A stretch of 64,000 bases of DNA from the human T2T-CHM13v2.0 reference genome, Homo sapiens, in NCBI RefSeq assembly GCF_009914755.1, contig NC_060945.1; one strand, written 5' to 3'. The notes beneath the pieces are model-generated. The model saw only the letters and a program-made list of their open reading frames with translations. It was not told the DNA's origin and did no database searches. Position numbers and translations under genes: made by a program. Shown here in pieces: positions 16,562 through 31,205 of the stretch (position 1 is its first letter; every line of letters starts with the position of its first letter).

Positions 16562-17530
16562 CTAGAAGAAAGACACAATAGGTTTAAGAACAACATGCAG
16601 CAAGTTAAAATAATGATAATTGCCACCATTACTACATGATCTAACACAAAAAGGATAGACTTTGAAGTCACTCATATGTAGATTCAAACCTCAAGTCTGC
16701 CATTTACTTATCTACAGATTCACATGAGATGATGATTATGATTGGTGATACAGATATTCTCAAAATGTTACTCCTTTCAACCCCGGTTGATTATTATACA
16801 AATACTATGATATCCATTAGTTTCTTTTATTAACCACAACAAACTGGGACAAAAATTTACTCATACGTAATTTAGAGTATTACTGAACAAAACTAATAAA
16901 AAGTCAATTAATCACTTTAGTTTTCAAAATATTTATGCATGATATATATTTGTGTGAATTACTTCCTGTGGGAAAAAATGTGAGAATGTAGTTTTTAGTA
17001 GTAATATATTTAAAAGGGCTAGCATCGGAATCAGTATAAGTTGCTTCTATTCTGTGTGTCAAAAGCTAAAAACAAATTATTGCATAACTTCAGCTCCTTC
17101 CAAAAAAGACAGAACAAAGCAACCATCCACTTTATGGAGCAATGATTCACGAATGAAAGCCACACATAGCTACTAAATAGAAAGGTGTAACTAAGTATCC
17201 TGACAACAGAAACAGAGGTGAAATGAAAGAATAGACACTAAAGACATGTGGTCTGCAAGGAAAAAGTTAGACTGAGGTAAATCATTTTTAAACAAAGGGG
17301 GAAGGAGGGAGAAACAAACAAAAAAAGAGACATGACCAGTCAATAAAATATGAGCTTAAAAGAAAAGCTTGTGTTCATAATATATACCTAATAATGCTGG
17401 TTAGCATTTACTCGACAATTTGTTTTGTGTAAATACTTATGTAATAAAAAGTTTAGTTTGTTTACTATAAAATAACACATCCCAAGAGTTAACCATGATC
17501 ATTCACCTGAAAGCTGAAACATTCTTACTA

Positions 17531-17534
<4 letters not shown>

Positions 17535-17572
<38 letters not shown>

Positions 17573-17581
17573 CAGAGAGAG
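17535..17581. repeat. (GA)n microsatellite
   Basis: Long GA run; only ~5 units at the paralogous site ~22949. Confidence 0.9.
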
Positions 17582-18406
17582 GAAAAAAAAAACAATAGAA
17601 TTCCAGGAACTTAACACCTGGAGAAAGAATTTTTATTCAGAATTCAAAAGAGTAATGTATGTCCTGAAAAATATGTATTTAATAGAACATGGTTGGGGCT
17701 TTGAAAATTTAATCTAAAATCCCAATCTAAGCTTCCAGTTGGAAGATATTAGAAAACACGGTGTTATCCACCTTTCCTATTTCCTTTCTATCTCTTCCAA
17801 TTTTCATTTTATTCTATGACATATTTTCTCAGCATAACTCACCTCAACTTATAGATTCTCAACATTAGAAGAAAAGATAAATTCAGAGCATTCAAGACAT
17901 TTAATAGATTTAATTATTAGATATCTTATGCATATTATGTTACCTGTAACATTCCATTAAAAAAAGCCCATTTCCCTGTTTGCTGATTCACATTAAAAAC
18001 TAATAAAATGTTTCTTACATGCAAGACCTTATTCTGGGTACTCAAGATACATACAAATAGTTTTTCTAGCTTCAAGTGGCTCATATGAATGCAGGAGCTT
18101 TACAATTATTTTTTCAATAACTAAGCACAAAAGCCTCTGAAATTTGAAATTTAGAATGAGATACAAAGACCCCGACCGGATTTTTTTTTAATTACAATGC
18201 AAAAATCTTGTGAAGTTAAAGTCTGACCACAGAAATATGAAGAGTCTCTGCTTATCAAACAGGTTGTTATTTTAAACAAAATGCATATTCTTTGATTAGA
18301 TAAAGAGTTTACAGTATACTCTTAATAAAAAAGACTTGGAAAACACAGGGTAAACCCTCTCTAATACAGGTGTGAGAACAGAATTTAAATTTCTAATATT
18401 CCACAA

Positions 18407-18535
18407 TTTTTTAAAATTAGAGATAAGCTCTTGCTATATTGCCAAGCTTGGTCTTAAACTCCTGGGATCAAGAAATTCTCCTGGCTTGATCTCTTGAATA
18501 GGTGGGACTACAGGCACATGATACCATGTCTAGTT
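18407..18535 (-). mobile_element. Alu monomer (FLAM-like); paralog at ~23785-23913
   Basis: ggtcttaaactcctggg.tcaag...ggtgggactacaggcacatgataccatg. Confidence 0.75.
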
Positions 18536-19099
18536 AAATTTCCACAATTTCTAATATTACTTTAGTCTAATTATATAGAACCAAGAATAAAAATAAAGAA
18601 ATAGCTCTCTGCAAAAATACGGTATGATGTTAAAATAGGTGTACAAGAAATAAGAAACTATATGCTGTGTGTAACAGGGTGATTCCATGATTCCCATAAT
18701 AAGTCATCTGATGTAACAAACATTCATTTAAACAGAGGTATTATTAGTCATACTCATATGATATACAACTCAAAGTAAAAACACTTACTCAGATAAGCCT
18801 AGACCAAAATTTGTATCTCCTGTCTTGTGGGAAAGCGTTCCCAAACAACATCTTTCTGTCACTATGTATTTTTTTTTCAGATCACACCTCTCAACGTATT
18901 TATCAACTATTTCTTATTTGCAAAGTGAAAAAAAAATTAAAATTAACCCCTCCTATTTCTTTAAAATGGTTATCTCTAATAAAAGTTTTAATACTAACAT
19001 AAAACAATGATAGGTAGACAATCGCTAAGTTTTAGAAGAAAATAATACAAAAAATGAGATTCAGAATGAGAAAATTAATTTCACGAGACAGTACTCTAC

Positions 19100-19166
19100 T
19101 TCAGATTCCAAAGCAAACTTATCCTTTGTCACAGGCTGTGCAACACTATCCAGTAGGTAGCGACAC
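19100..19166 (-). pseudogene. ANKRD36-like exon 9 (67 nt) CRYLLDSVAQPVTKDKFALESE
   Basis: tctgtag|GTGTCGCTAC...GAATCTGAA|gtagag; paralog of exon 6. Confidence 0.9.
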
Positions 19167-21315
19167 CTACAGAGCAAAAAGATATGACAAAAATGAGCAC
19201 GTTCGTTTCTTAAAAGAAAACAAAAACCATCAGTCTATACATGCATGTCCCCTCCACAAAAAAATGGTAAAACAAAGTCTGAGGAAGGTCAGTTATCCTT
19301 ATATTAAATAATATTTCTTGGTATAATTAAGATATGGCTTCTGTATTAGAAAACATTTCAGTTACCTATTTCTGCCTCCACCTCTCCCAACCTATGAAAT
19401 ATCCAATGCAGACTCACCCTTAAACCCGTAACAAATAGTGACAGGCATTACAATGGCACGGCCAGACAATAATTTGTCTTTATAAATTATCTACCCTAAA
19501 GACTAAACTGAAAATCCAATTGATATCTGAAACAACTTTTGTTACTCAACTGCAGTAAACCCGATAACCTAAAACAAGGTAGAAAAGGCACTGTGTCTTC
19601 TGCATTATCTATTTCTGATTCAAAGACTAATCTGTGTCACGGGAAAATGGGAGTCTTGGATCTTCAGCATGTAAGCTACTTAGATTGCCCATTGATTCTC
19701 TTTACTCTAGAACTCTACAGGGAGCCCCCTGAAACACTGCAAGTGTTTGAAAGCTGAGTGTAAAAAAGTCAAAGTACAAATGTACTCTGGGAATATTCCT
19801 CACAGAAGATTAAAACATTAAAAATTATAAAATGCAATTATTGTCATTATATAGATCCTGCCTTATTCAGGTCCACAAAAACCAGCAAGCTTAAGAACCT
19901 TCACAAACACTCAGATACTCAAGAGAGAGACTGCTGGAAAAGTCTCCCTCCTGAGTACTTACAGCTTCATTTCATTCATCACTATCTAAATACCTTCCTA
20001 TGGGCTCCCCCTTCTGGATCCCTCTTCTGCAGGGATCAATGGCAATCTCCAATCTACATCTTCAAATTTGTCTGTCCCCTGCAAATTCCATTCTTATCCA
20101 CTTTCATTGGGTTCAACAGCTCATTCCATTCTCATCCTTTTCCACTGTGTTCACTAGAGCCACTCCCTCTTTCTAAAACTAAAATCACTCAATGACAGAA
20201 TGATGTAAAAGAAGACTGGGTTTTGAACTAAGAAACCTGAGTGCAATTCTCATTTCTCTGATTTACTGTATCCAAATAATTTTCTCTCTTTGAGTTTCAG
20301 GTTCTCTACCTGAACAACCACTTGATCAGGATGTTAAGCAAGGATTCAAGTACTAGAAGATATTTTGTTTAGTCTCTAGGATTTCTTAACATTCTGAAAT
20401 TCTATGCACCTCTGATTTTGTCTATAGGAAAACGGGGAATATTTAGCTGCCTTAAATGAAAACTATAATAGAAGATCATAAACCCTAAGAAAAGCAGAGG
20501 AGAAAGTAAAAAGAAATCAAGAAAATATTATTAAAAAGTCACAGAAGGAAAAAAAAGAATCCAGAAAATAAGAAAAAGCTTCAGAGAACCAGGCAGGGTA
20601 CTTACTGAAAGAGAAAACCTAACTGGGTAGGTAGTAAGTAGAGAAATGAACTAGAAATATCCTTTTAATATATGCTAAATATAGTTAACATAACATGGAC
20701 TATATTTAGATATTCTCCAAGCACAGTAAGATAATATTTTTCTAGGACTGGCCTGGTCTTGCTTATGAAAAACTTAGGGTCCTGTGGCCACAGATAACTG
20801 ATAACTGCCTTTAAAACTTTGATGATTAAAAAAGAAGTAATATGGTTACCACTGCCATTTCAAAATATTTGGACAAACTTTTGGAGTAGCCAGGCTTCTA
20901 AATAACACTCTAAAGACAGTTAATATATAACAAAATGTGACTTTCTGAATTGATCCGATGTAAATCAGTACCGTGATCCCATTGCTGCATAGGCCTCTAT
21001 CCATCTATGCTTAGGGGCAAATGAAGTGATTTGAGAGCCAGGCAGGATGATGGTCTAATCTTGGGTTGGCTACCTGTTAACTGTGGAATCATGAGCCAAT
21101 ATTTCAACCTCTTTAAAGCAGAGTTGTCTATTATTAGTGAAAAAGCAATAATAGCACAAATAGTTTGTAAAGCTGTGTGAAGATGACATGACATGATAAA
21201 TGTTAAGCATGTAATATGGTGTCTAGCACAGAGTAGAACACTAAACAGATACTAGTTTCTATTCTCTCTATTCACTTAGTTAACATATCACTTTAAAAAA
21301 TCTGTGAAATCATAC

Positions 21316-21346
21316 CTGTCAAAACACTCTTCAACAGGAGGAAGCA
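21316..21346 (-). pseudogene. ANKRD36-like exon 8 (31 nt) VLPPVEECFDR
   Basis: ttcatag|TGCTTCCTCCTGTTGAAGAGTGTTTTGACAG|gtatga; paralog of exon 5. Confidence 0.9.
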
Positions 21347-21414
21347 CTATGAAAGAAAAAGTAAAATGCATTTTAAATCAACAATAGAAAACTACAGAGT
21401 ACTAAAAACATAAA

Positions 21415-21976
<562 letters not shown>

Positions 21977-24449
21977 CTAGAAGAAAAACACAATAGGTTT
22001 ACGAATAATATGGGGCAAGTTAAAATAATGATAATACCCACCATTACTACATGATCTAACAGGAAAAGTATGGACGTTGAAGTCACTCATATGTAGATTC
22101 AAACCTCAAGTCTGCCATTTACTTATCTACAGATTCACATGGCATGATGGTTATGATTGGTGATACAGATATTTTCAAAATGTTACTCCTTTCAACCCCA
22201 GTTGATTATTATACAAATACTATGATATCCATTAGTTTCTTTTATTAGCCACAACAAACTAGGACAAAAATGTACCCTATGTAATTTAGAGTATTACCGA
22301 ATAAAACTAATAATAAAAAAGTAAATTAATCACATTATTTTTCAAAATAGGTATGCATGATGTATATTTGTGCGAATTGCATTTTGTGGGAAAAATGTGA
22401 GAATGTAGTTTTTAGTAGTACTATATTTAAATGGGTTGGCATCAGAAACAGTACAAGTTGCTTCTATTCAGTGTGTCAAAAGCTAAAAACAAATTATAGT
22501 ATAACTTAAGCTCCTTCCAAAAAAGACAGAACAAAGCAACCATCCACCTTACAGAGCAATGATTCATGAATGAAGTCCACACATAGCTACTAAATAGAAA
22601 GCTGTAACTAAGTATCCTGACAATAGAAACAGAAGTGAAATGAAAGAATAGACACTAAAGACATGTGGGCTGCAAGGAGAAAGTTAGACTGAGGTAAATC
22701 ATTTTTAAACAAAGGGGAAGGAGGGAGAAACAAACAAAAAAAGAGACATGACCAGTCAATAAAATATGAGCTTAAAAGAAAACCTTGTGTTCATAATATA
22801 TGCTTAATAATACTGGTTAGCATTTACTCGACAATTTGTTTTGTGTAAATACTTATGTAAGAAAGAGTTTCATTTGTTTACTATAAAATAACACATCCCA
22901 AGAGTTAACCATGATGATTGATCTGAAAGTTGAAACATTCTTACTACAGAGAGAGAGAGGGAAAAAAAAATTCCAGCAACTTAACAGCTGGAGAAAGAAT
23001 TTTTATTCAGAATTTGAAAGAGTAATGTATGTCCTGAAAAACAGGTATTTAATAGAACATGATTGGGTCTTTAAAAATTTAAGAAAATTTAATCTAAAAT
23101 CCTAATCTAAGCTTCCAGTTGGAAGATATTAGAAAACAGGCTCTATCCACCTTTCCTATTTCCTTTTCATCTTTTCTAAATTTTATTTTCTTCTTTATGA
23201 CATATTTTCTCAACATAAGTCACCTCAACTTATACATTCTCAACATTAGAAGAAAAGATAAATTCAAAACACTCAAGAAATTTAATAGATTTAATTATTA
23301 GATATGTCATGCATATTATGTTACCTGTAACATTCTATTATAAAAAAGCCCATTTGCCTGTTTGTTGATTCACATTAAAAACTATTAAAATGTTTCTTAC
23401 ATGCAAGATCTTATTCTGTGTATTCCAGGATACATACAAATAGGTTTTCTAGTTTCAAGTTGCTGGTAGTAATGCAGGAGCTTTAAAATTATTTTTTCAA
23501 TAACTAAGCACAAAAGCCTCTGAAATTTGAAATTTAGAATGAGATATAAAGACCCTGAGTGGATTCTTTTTAATTACAATGCAAAAGCCTTGTGAAATTA
23601 AAGTCTGACCATAAGAATATGAAGAGTCTCTCTTTATCAGACAGGTTATTTTAAACAAAATGCATATTTTTCAATTAAATAAAGAGTTTAAAGTATACTC
23701 TAAATAAAAAAGCCTTGGAAAACACTGTGTAAACCTTCTCTAATACAGATTTGAGAACAGAATTTACATTTCTAAACTTCCACAACTTTTTAAAATTAGA
23801 GATAAGCTCTTGTTATATTGCCAAGCTTGGTCTTAAACTCCTGGGCTCAAGAAATTCTCCTGGCTTGATCTCTTGAATAGGTGGGACTACATGGACATGA
23901 TACCATGTCTAGTTACATTTCCACAATTTCTAATATGATTTTAGTCTAATTATAGAGCCACAAATAAAAATAAGGAAATAGCTCTCTGCAAAAATAGTGT
24001 ATGATATCAAAACATGTGTACAAGAAATAAAAAGAAACCACATGCTATGTGTAACAGAGTGATTCCATGATTTCTATGATAAGTCATCTGATGTATTAAA
24101 GATTCATTTAAACAGAGGTATTATTAGTCATACTCATATGATATACAACTCAAAGTAAAAACACTCAAATAAGCCTAGACCAAAATTTGTATCTCCCCTC
24201 TTGTGGGAAAGCATTCCCAAACATCATTTTTCTGTCACTGTGTATTTTCCAGCAATTTTTTTTTCAGATCACACCTCTCAAAGAATTTATCAACTATTTA
24301 TTATTTGCCAAAGTAAAAAAAATTAAAATTAACCCCTCCCATTTCTTTAAAATGGTTACCTCTAATAAAAGTTTTAATACTAACATAAAACAATGATAGG
24401 TAGACAACTGTTAAGTTTTAGAAGAAAATAATATAAAAACTGAGATTCA

Positions 24450-24596
<147 letters not shown>

Positions 24597-27325
24597 TCAA
24601 AGGAAACAAAAACCGTCAGTCTATACATGCTTGTCGCCTCCAAAAAAATGGTAAAACAAAGTCTGAGGAAACTCAGTTATCTGCATATTAAATAATATTT
24701 CTTGGTATAATTAAGATATGGCTTCCGTTTTAGAAAACATTTCAGTTACCTATTTCTGCCTCCACCTCTCCCAACCTATGAAATATCCAATGCAGACTCA
24801 CCCTTAAACCCATAACAAATAGTGACAGGCATTATAACGGCACGGCCAGACAATAATTTGTCCTTATAAATTATCTACCCTAAAGGCTAAACTGAAAATC
24901 CAGTTGATATCTGACACAACTTTTTTTACTGAACTGCAGTAAACCTGATAACCTAAAACAAGGTAGAAAAGGCACTGTCTCTTCTGCATTATCTATTTCT
25001 GATTCAAAGACTAATCTGTGTCACTGGAAAATGGGAGTCTTGGATCTTCAGCATGTAAGGTACTTAAAGAGGGCCCATTGATTCTCTTCACCCTAGAACA
25101 CTACAGGGAGCCCCCTGAAACGCTGAAAATGTTTGAAAGCTGAGTGTACAAAAGTCAAAGTACAAATGTATATGTTTTTTGGTTGTTAGTGGGAATATTC
25201 TTCACAGAAGATTAAAATATTAAAAATTTTAAAATCCAATTATTGTCATTATATAGATCCTGCCTTATTCAGATCCACAAAACCCAGCAAGCTTAAGAAC
25301 CTTCATAGACACTCAGATACGCAAGAGAGAGACTGCTGGAAAAGTCTCCCTCCTAAGTACTTATAGCTCCATTTCATTCATCACTATCTAAATATCTTCC
25401 TTCCTATGGGCTCCCACTTCTGGATCCCTCTTCTGCAGGGATCCGTGGCAATCTCCAATCTACATCTTCAGCCTAGGAAAGCCCAGATTCCTCAAAAGAC
25501 GGGCTAACATAATTGAGAGTAGGAGCTCTCTATTCCTCTGCTTCTGGAAAGTAAGTTAGTCTCAGTCATCCACCCCAAGCATACGCATGTTACCAACTAC
25601 CCAAATGAAGCTTCACTGCTGGTTTGCTGGCCAATCCTACATTTGCCCTACCCTACATGTACATGAGAGAATTGAGAAAAGAGTCAGAAAAAAAGAGACA
25701 TCCACTCTGGGTCACAGATCTATGTACTTAAGCAATCTCCAGCTCCCTAGTCCTTGAGGGATTCTAAGGCCTCTGTAAGCTGGGATGGAAGAAGATGATA
25801 CCACATTCCTATCTGCTCCGGAGACTACTTCCAGTGGCTCAAATTCTTTTAACATTTTTCAATAAAACCTTGAAGTTTGTCAGTTCCTCCAGTTAAACAA
25901 ACAAAAAAGCAGCAACCACTTCAGAATTCCTTGAATGCCGTATTCTTATATGCCTTTCCTGATAGCTCCCGACATCCTGTGTTTTCAATTCCCTTATCTT
26001 TATCAAACTTGTAATAAAGCCAAAAATTCGGATTTTTTCCTAAAACCCTCATTTCCATCCAACTAAGGGTTTGTTTCTCTTCAAATTTGGCTGTCCCCTG
26101 CAAATTCCATTCTTATCCACTTTCATTGGGTTCAACAGCTCATTCCATTCTCATCCTCTTCCACTGTGTTCACTAGAGCCACTCCCTCTTTCTAAAACTA
26201 AAATCGCTCAATGACAGAATGTAAAAGAAGACTGGGTTTTGAACAAAGAAAGCTGAGTGCAATTCTCATTTCTCTGATTTACTGTATCCAAATAATTTTT
26301 TCTCTTTGAGTTTCAGGTTCTCCACCTGAACAACCACTTGATCAGGATGTTAAGCAAGGATTCAAGTACTAGAGGATATTTTGTTTAGTCTCTAGGATTT
26401 CTTAACATTCTGAAATTCTATGCACCTCTGATTTTGTCTATAGAAAAATGGGGAATATTTAGCTGCTGTTCACGAAAACTATAATAGAAGATCATAAGAA
26501 AAGCAGAAGAGAAGTAAAAAGAAATCAAGAAAGTATTATTAAAATGTCATAGAAGGAAAATAAAAGAATCCAGAAAATAAGAAAAAGCTTCAGCGAACTA
26601 GGCAGGGTACTCACTTAAAGAGAAATCCTAACTGGGTAGGCAGTAAGTAGAGAAATGAATTAGAAATATCCTTTTAATATATGTTAAATATAGTTAACAT
26701 AACATGGTCTATCTTTAGATAATCTCCATGCACAGTAAGATAATATTTTTTCTAGGACTGACCTGGTCTTGCTTACAAAAATCTTAGGGTCCTGTGGCCA
26801 CAGGTAACTGATGCCTGCCTTTAAAATTTTGATGGTTAAAAAAAAATGTAATATGGTTACCACTGCCATTTCCAAAATATTTGGACAAACTTTTAGAGTA
26901 TCCAGGCTTCTAAGGAACACTCTAAAGAGAGTTAATATATAACAAAATGTGACTTTCTGAATTGATCTGAGTTAAACCAGTATCGTGATCACACTGCTGT
27001 ATAGGTCTGTATCCGTCTATGCTTAGGGGCAAATGAAGTGGTTAGAGAGCCAGGCAGGATGATGGCCAAATCATGGGTTGGCTACCTGTTAACTGTGGAA
27101 TCATGAGCCAATATTTCAACCTCTTTAAAGCAGAGTTGCCTGATTAGTAAAAAAGCAATAATAGCACAAATAGTTTGTAAAGCTGTGTGGAGACGACATG
27201 ACATGATAAATATTAAGCATGTAATATGGTGTCTAGCACAGAGGAGAACACCAAACGGATACTAGTTTCTATTCTCTCTATTCACTAAGTTAACATATCA
27301 CTTTAAAAAATCTGTGAAATCATAC

Positions 27326-27356
27326 CTGTTTAAACACTGTTCAACAGCAGGAAGCA
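27326..27356 (-). pseudogene. ANKRD36-like exon 5 (31 nt) VLPAVEQCLNR
   Basis: ttaatag|TGCTTCCTGCTGTTGAACAGTGTTTAAACAG|gtatga. Confidence 0.9.
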
Positions 27357-27419
27357 CTATTAAACAAAATGTAAAATGCATTTTAAATCAATAGGAACTT
27401 ATAAAATATTAAAAACATA

Positions 27420-27810
<391 letters not shown>

Positions 27811-29129
27811 AGCATGTCTTTCATACAAGACATCAGAAGGGTTTAAACCATTATACTAGAAATATTCATCATGCTCTTTGACTTGCCTGACAATTGAGCA
27901 GGTGCACAATGACAATAACACTTTAGATGAATGTACACTTCAAAGCTCCTCAGTGGAAGTGTCCTGAATTGGTCAGCTTGGATATCTGTTTGGTGAATCC
28001 TATTATATGGTATTCATTATTTTTCATACCCATGTGGTATAATAATGAGCCTACACTTTTGTATTTTCTGGTTTAACCTTCAGAAAGTTTTGTCAGTCAC
28101 TCATGGGAACAAGGTATAATATACAAACCTAATCAAAATGTATAAAAAATTATCAAATTTGATATACTTACACGCAATAAAGTTGCTACAAGCATTAGAT
28201 ATGAATAAGGTTGTTCATTTGGAAATCACTCCAATATTCATTAAAAATAAATATTTTAGGAGTCAATTAAAGAATTTAACATTATTTTTGTTTCTAAAAT
28301 AAGTCTGGTTTGAAGGATCATGTTATTCTCTAAAGTATTTTCATTAAATTGCTATTTTATCCAAAAGTTAGCTCTCTGAACAACAAAGCCAGTGTATGCA
28401 TATTTACATTTATCTCATTTGACTAACTGATAACAAAACATATATCTCTGACGCCCAATAATAACAAAGAGGGGTAACAGGTGACTGTGGTTTATCACAA
28501 TTCTGGCACTCTATCCTCATTCCAGTAGTTCCTGGAGCAGCCAAAATCAAATCTTCCTTTATGCAAACATTCTAAATGCATCTGATGTGAGTTCCCTCAG
28601 GTTTCCTCAGTACAAACCCTAAAATTAAATAAATAACTTATTTTCCCTTCTTCCTGCCTCACAATCCCTCTTCCCTGAGGAAAATGATTACTACATCAGC
28701 AGTCTCATTACTTCTCCTTCTATAGTGTTTATGGCTTATTACGATCACTTCCTCCCTCTGGTTTTAGCAATGTGATCTGGCGCCTATAATTTCTAGTACT
28801 TCATCTTGTTCTCCTTCCCCTCTTGATGGAAACATGCTGTAGAATTAAAGCACAATTATGTTGTCCCCTCAGCCTGTTATGTCTTGAACTGCTCTCCAGT
28901 GGTTCTTCTTCCCAATTTCAATGTAGAGAAGTCTATAATCTTACTACTCAGATCATGGCCAAAAATCAGCAGAATCACCATCACTCCAGAACTTATTACA
29001 AATGCAGAATCTCAGGCCCGCTGAATCAGAAAGAGCAGCTTCAATGAGCCCCCTGCTGATTTATTCGGGGAAGGGAAGTTCTCCTCTATCTTGAGAGAAC
29101 ATGACATTAAATGTGTATTGCAAAATTAC

Positions 29130-29202
29130 CTGTCCCAGATTTTTGTTCATCTTTTATTTCTGTGGCTATGTTCAAAACAGAATCTTTCTTGTCACTTGTA
29201 TC
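29130..29202 (-). pseudogene. ANKRD36-like exon 4 (73 nt) [24 protein letters not shown]
   Basis: cattcag|GATACAAGTGAC...TCTGGGACAG|gtaatt. Confidence 0.92.
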
Positions 29203-29296
29203 CTGAATGGGATTTCAAACAAAATAATCAATACATACAGTATATTTCATAGACTATACAGTTAATAATTCAAAATATGAATGAGGAGTGTAATAC

Positions 29297-29325
29297 CTTC
29301 AAGGCCGGTTGTTTCTGAGAAGACA
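29297..29325 (-). pseudogene. ANKRD36-like exon 3 (29 nt) VSSQKQPALK
   Basis: ttttcag|TGTCTTCTCAGAAACAACCGGCCTTGAAG|gtatta. Confidence 0.92.
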
Positions 29326-30989
29326 CTGAAAACCAAAAGGGATACATAATCACTCGTATGTAAATATGATAAAGTTATCCATACTTTCATGCAGTGTTAG
29401 CATCAAGCTGTATCCTCCTGCCTGAATTAGCGTAGGCTTTGATGTTTTCTACTTTGTGTATTGGGACAGGAACATGACAGAATTACACTGTAGAAAACAG
29501 AAGTATAGTCTTCACGGAACAAAGACTTCCAATTTCATATGTGATGTTATTCTTCATGTGTCTATTACTACAACAAAACAGTGTCTATATCAATGTGGAT
29601 ATGCCAAGTGATGAGGACAAATGTGATCTAAAATCAGAGCAGCAACTCATACGCTTGGGAATCAATGTCAAAGCAGGTGATTAATGCTCCTGCATGTTTT
29701 TCATGTAAGACATCAGAGGGATTTATACCATTATACTACAAATATTTATCACGCTCTTAAACTTGACTGACAATTGAGCAGGTACACAATGACAATGGCA
29801 CTTTAGCTGAATGTACACTTCTCAAGTGTTCTGTGGAAGTGTCCCTAATTGATCACCTTAAATATATGTTTGGTGAATCCCAGCATATTATATTCCTTAT
29901 TTCTCACACCACTGTGGTGTCATAATGTGCCTGCATTTCTTGTATCCTCTAGTTTAGCCTTCAGAAAGTTTCTTCATCCACTCATGGCAAGAAGGTATAA
30001 TATATAAACCTCATCAAAAAGTATAATAAACCATCACATTTGGCATACTGATACAAAATAAAGTTACTAAAAGCATTAGATATGAATAAGCTTTTCCATT
30101 TGGAAATTGCTCTGATATTCATTGAAAATAACCACTTTAGGAGTCAATTAATGAATTCAACATTATTTTGTTTCTAAAATAGTCTGGTTTGAAGGATCGT
30201 GTTATTCTCTAAAGTATTTTCATTAAATTTCTATTTTATCCAAAAGTTAGTTCCTTGAAAAACAAAGCCAATGTATGCATATTCATGATTATCCTATTTG
30301 AATAGCTAATACCAACAAAACATATATCTCTGAGGCCCAATAGTAACAAAGAGGGGTAATGAGTCACTGTGGGTCATCACAATTCTAGCACTCTATCCTG
30401 CTTCCAGTAGTTCCTGGAGCAGCCAAAATTTAATCCCCTTTTATGCAAATATTCCAAATGCATCTGAAGTGAGTCCCATCAGGTTTCTGCAGCAGAAACC
30501 CCAAAATTACATAAATAACATCTTCTTTTCCCTCCTTCTTGCCTCTCAATCCTTCTTCCTTGAGTAAAATAATTACCACATCAGACGTCTCCTTAGTTCT
30601 GTTTCTACATTGTTTATGGGTTATTCCAATCACTTCTTCCATGTGGTTTTAACAATATGATCTGAAGCCTATAATTTTTATTACTTAATCTCGTTCTCCT
30701 TCCCTTTACGATGGAAACATGCTGTAGAATTAAAGCAAGAATATGCTGTCCCTTAGCCTGTTATATCTTGCACTGCTCTCCAATCGTTCTTGCCAATTTC
30801 ACTGTGGGGAAGAATATAATCTTACTACTCAGATCATGGCCAGGGACCAGCAGCATCAGCGTCACCGGAGAACTTATTACAAAAGCAGGATCTCAGGCCT
30901 GCTGAATCAGAATGTGCAGATTCAATGAGCCCCCTGCGATTTATTCAGGGAAGAGAAGTTCTCTTCTACCCTAAGTGAACATGACATTA

Positions 30990-31082
<93 letters not shown>

Positions 31083-31176
31083 CTAAATGGGATTTGAAAC
31101 AAAATAATCAATACATAAAGTATATTTCACAGACTATATAGTTAATAGTTCAAAACAGAAATGAATGTGTAATTAC

Positions 31177-31205
31177 CTTCAAGGCTGCTTGTTTCTGAGA
31201 AGACA
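31177..31205 (-). pseudogene. ANKRD36-like exon 1 (29 nt) VSSQKQAALK
   Basis: ttttcag|TGTCTTCTCAGAAACAAGCAGCCTTGAAG|gtaatt. Confidence 0.92.
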
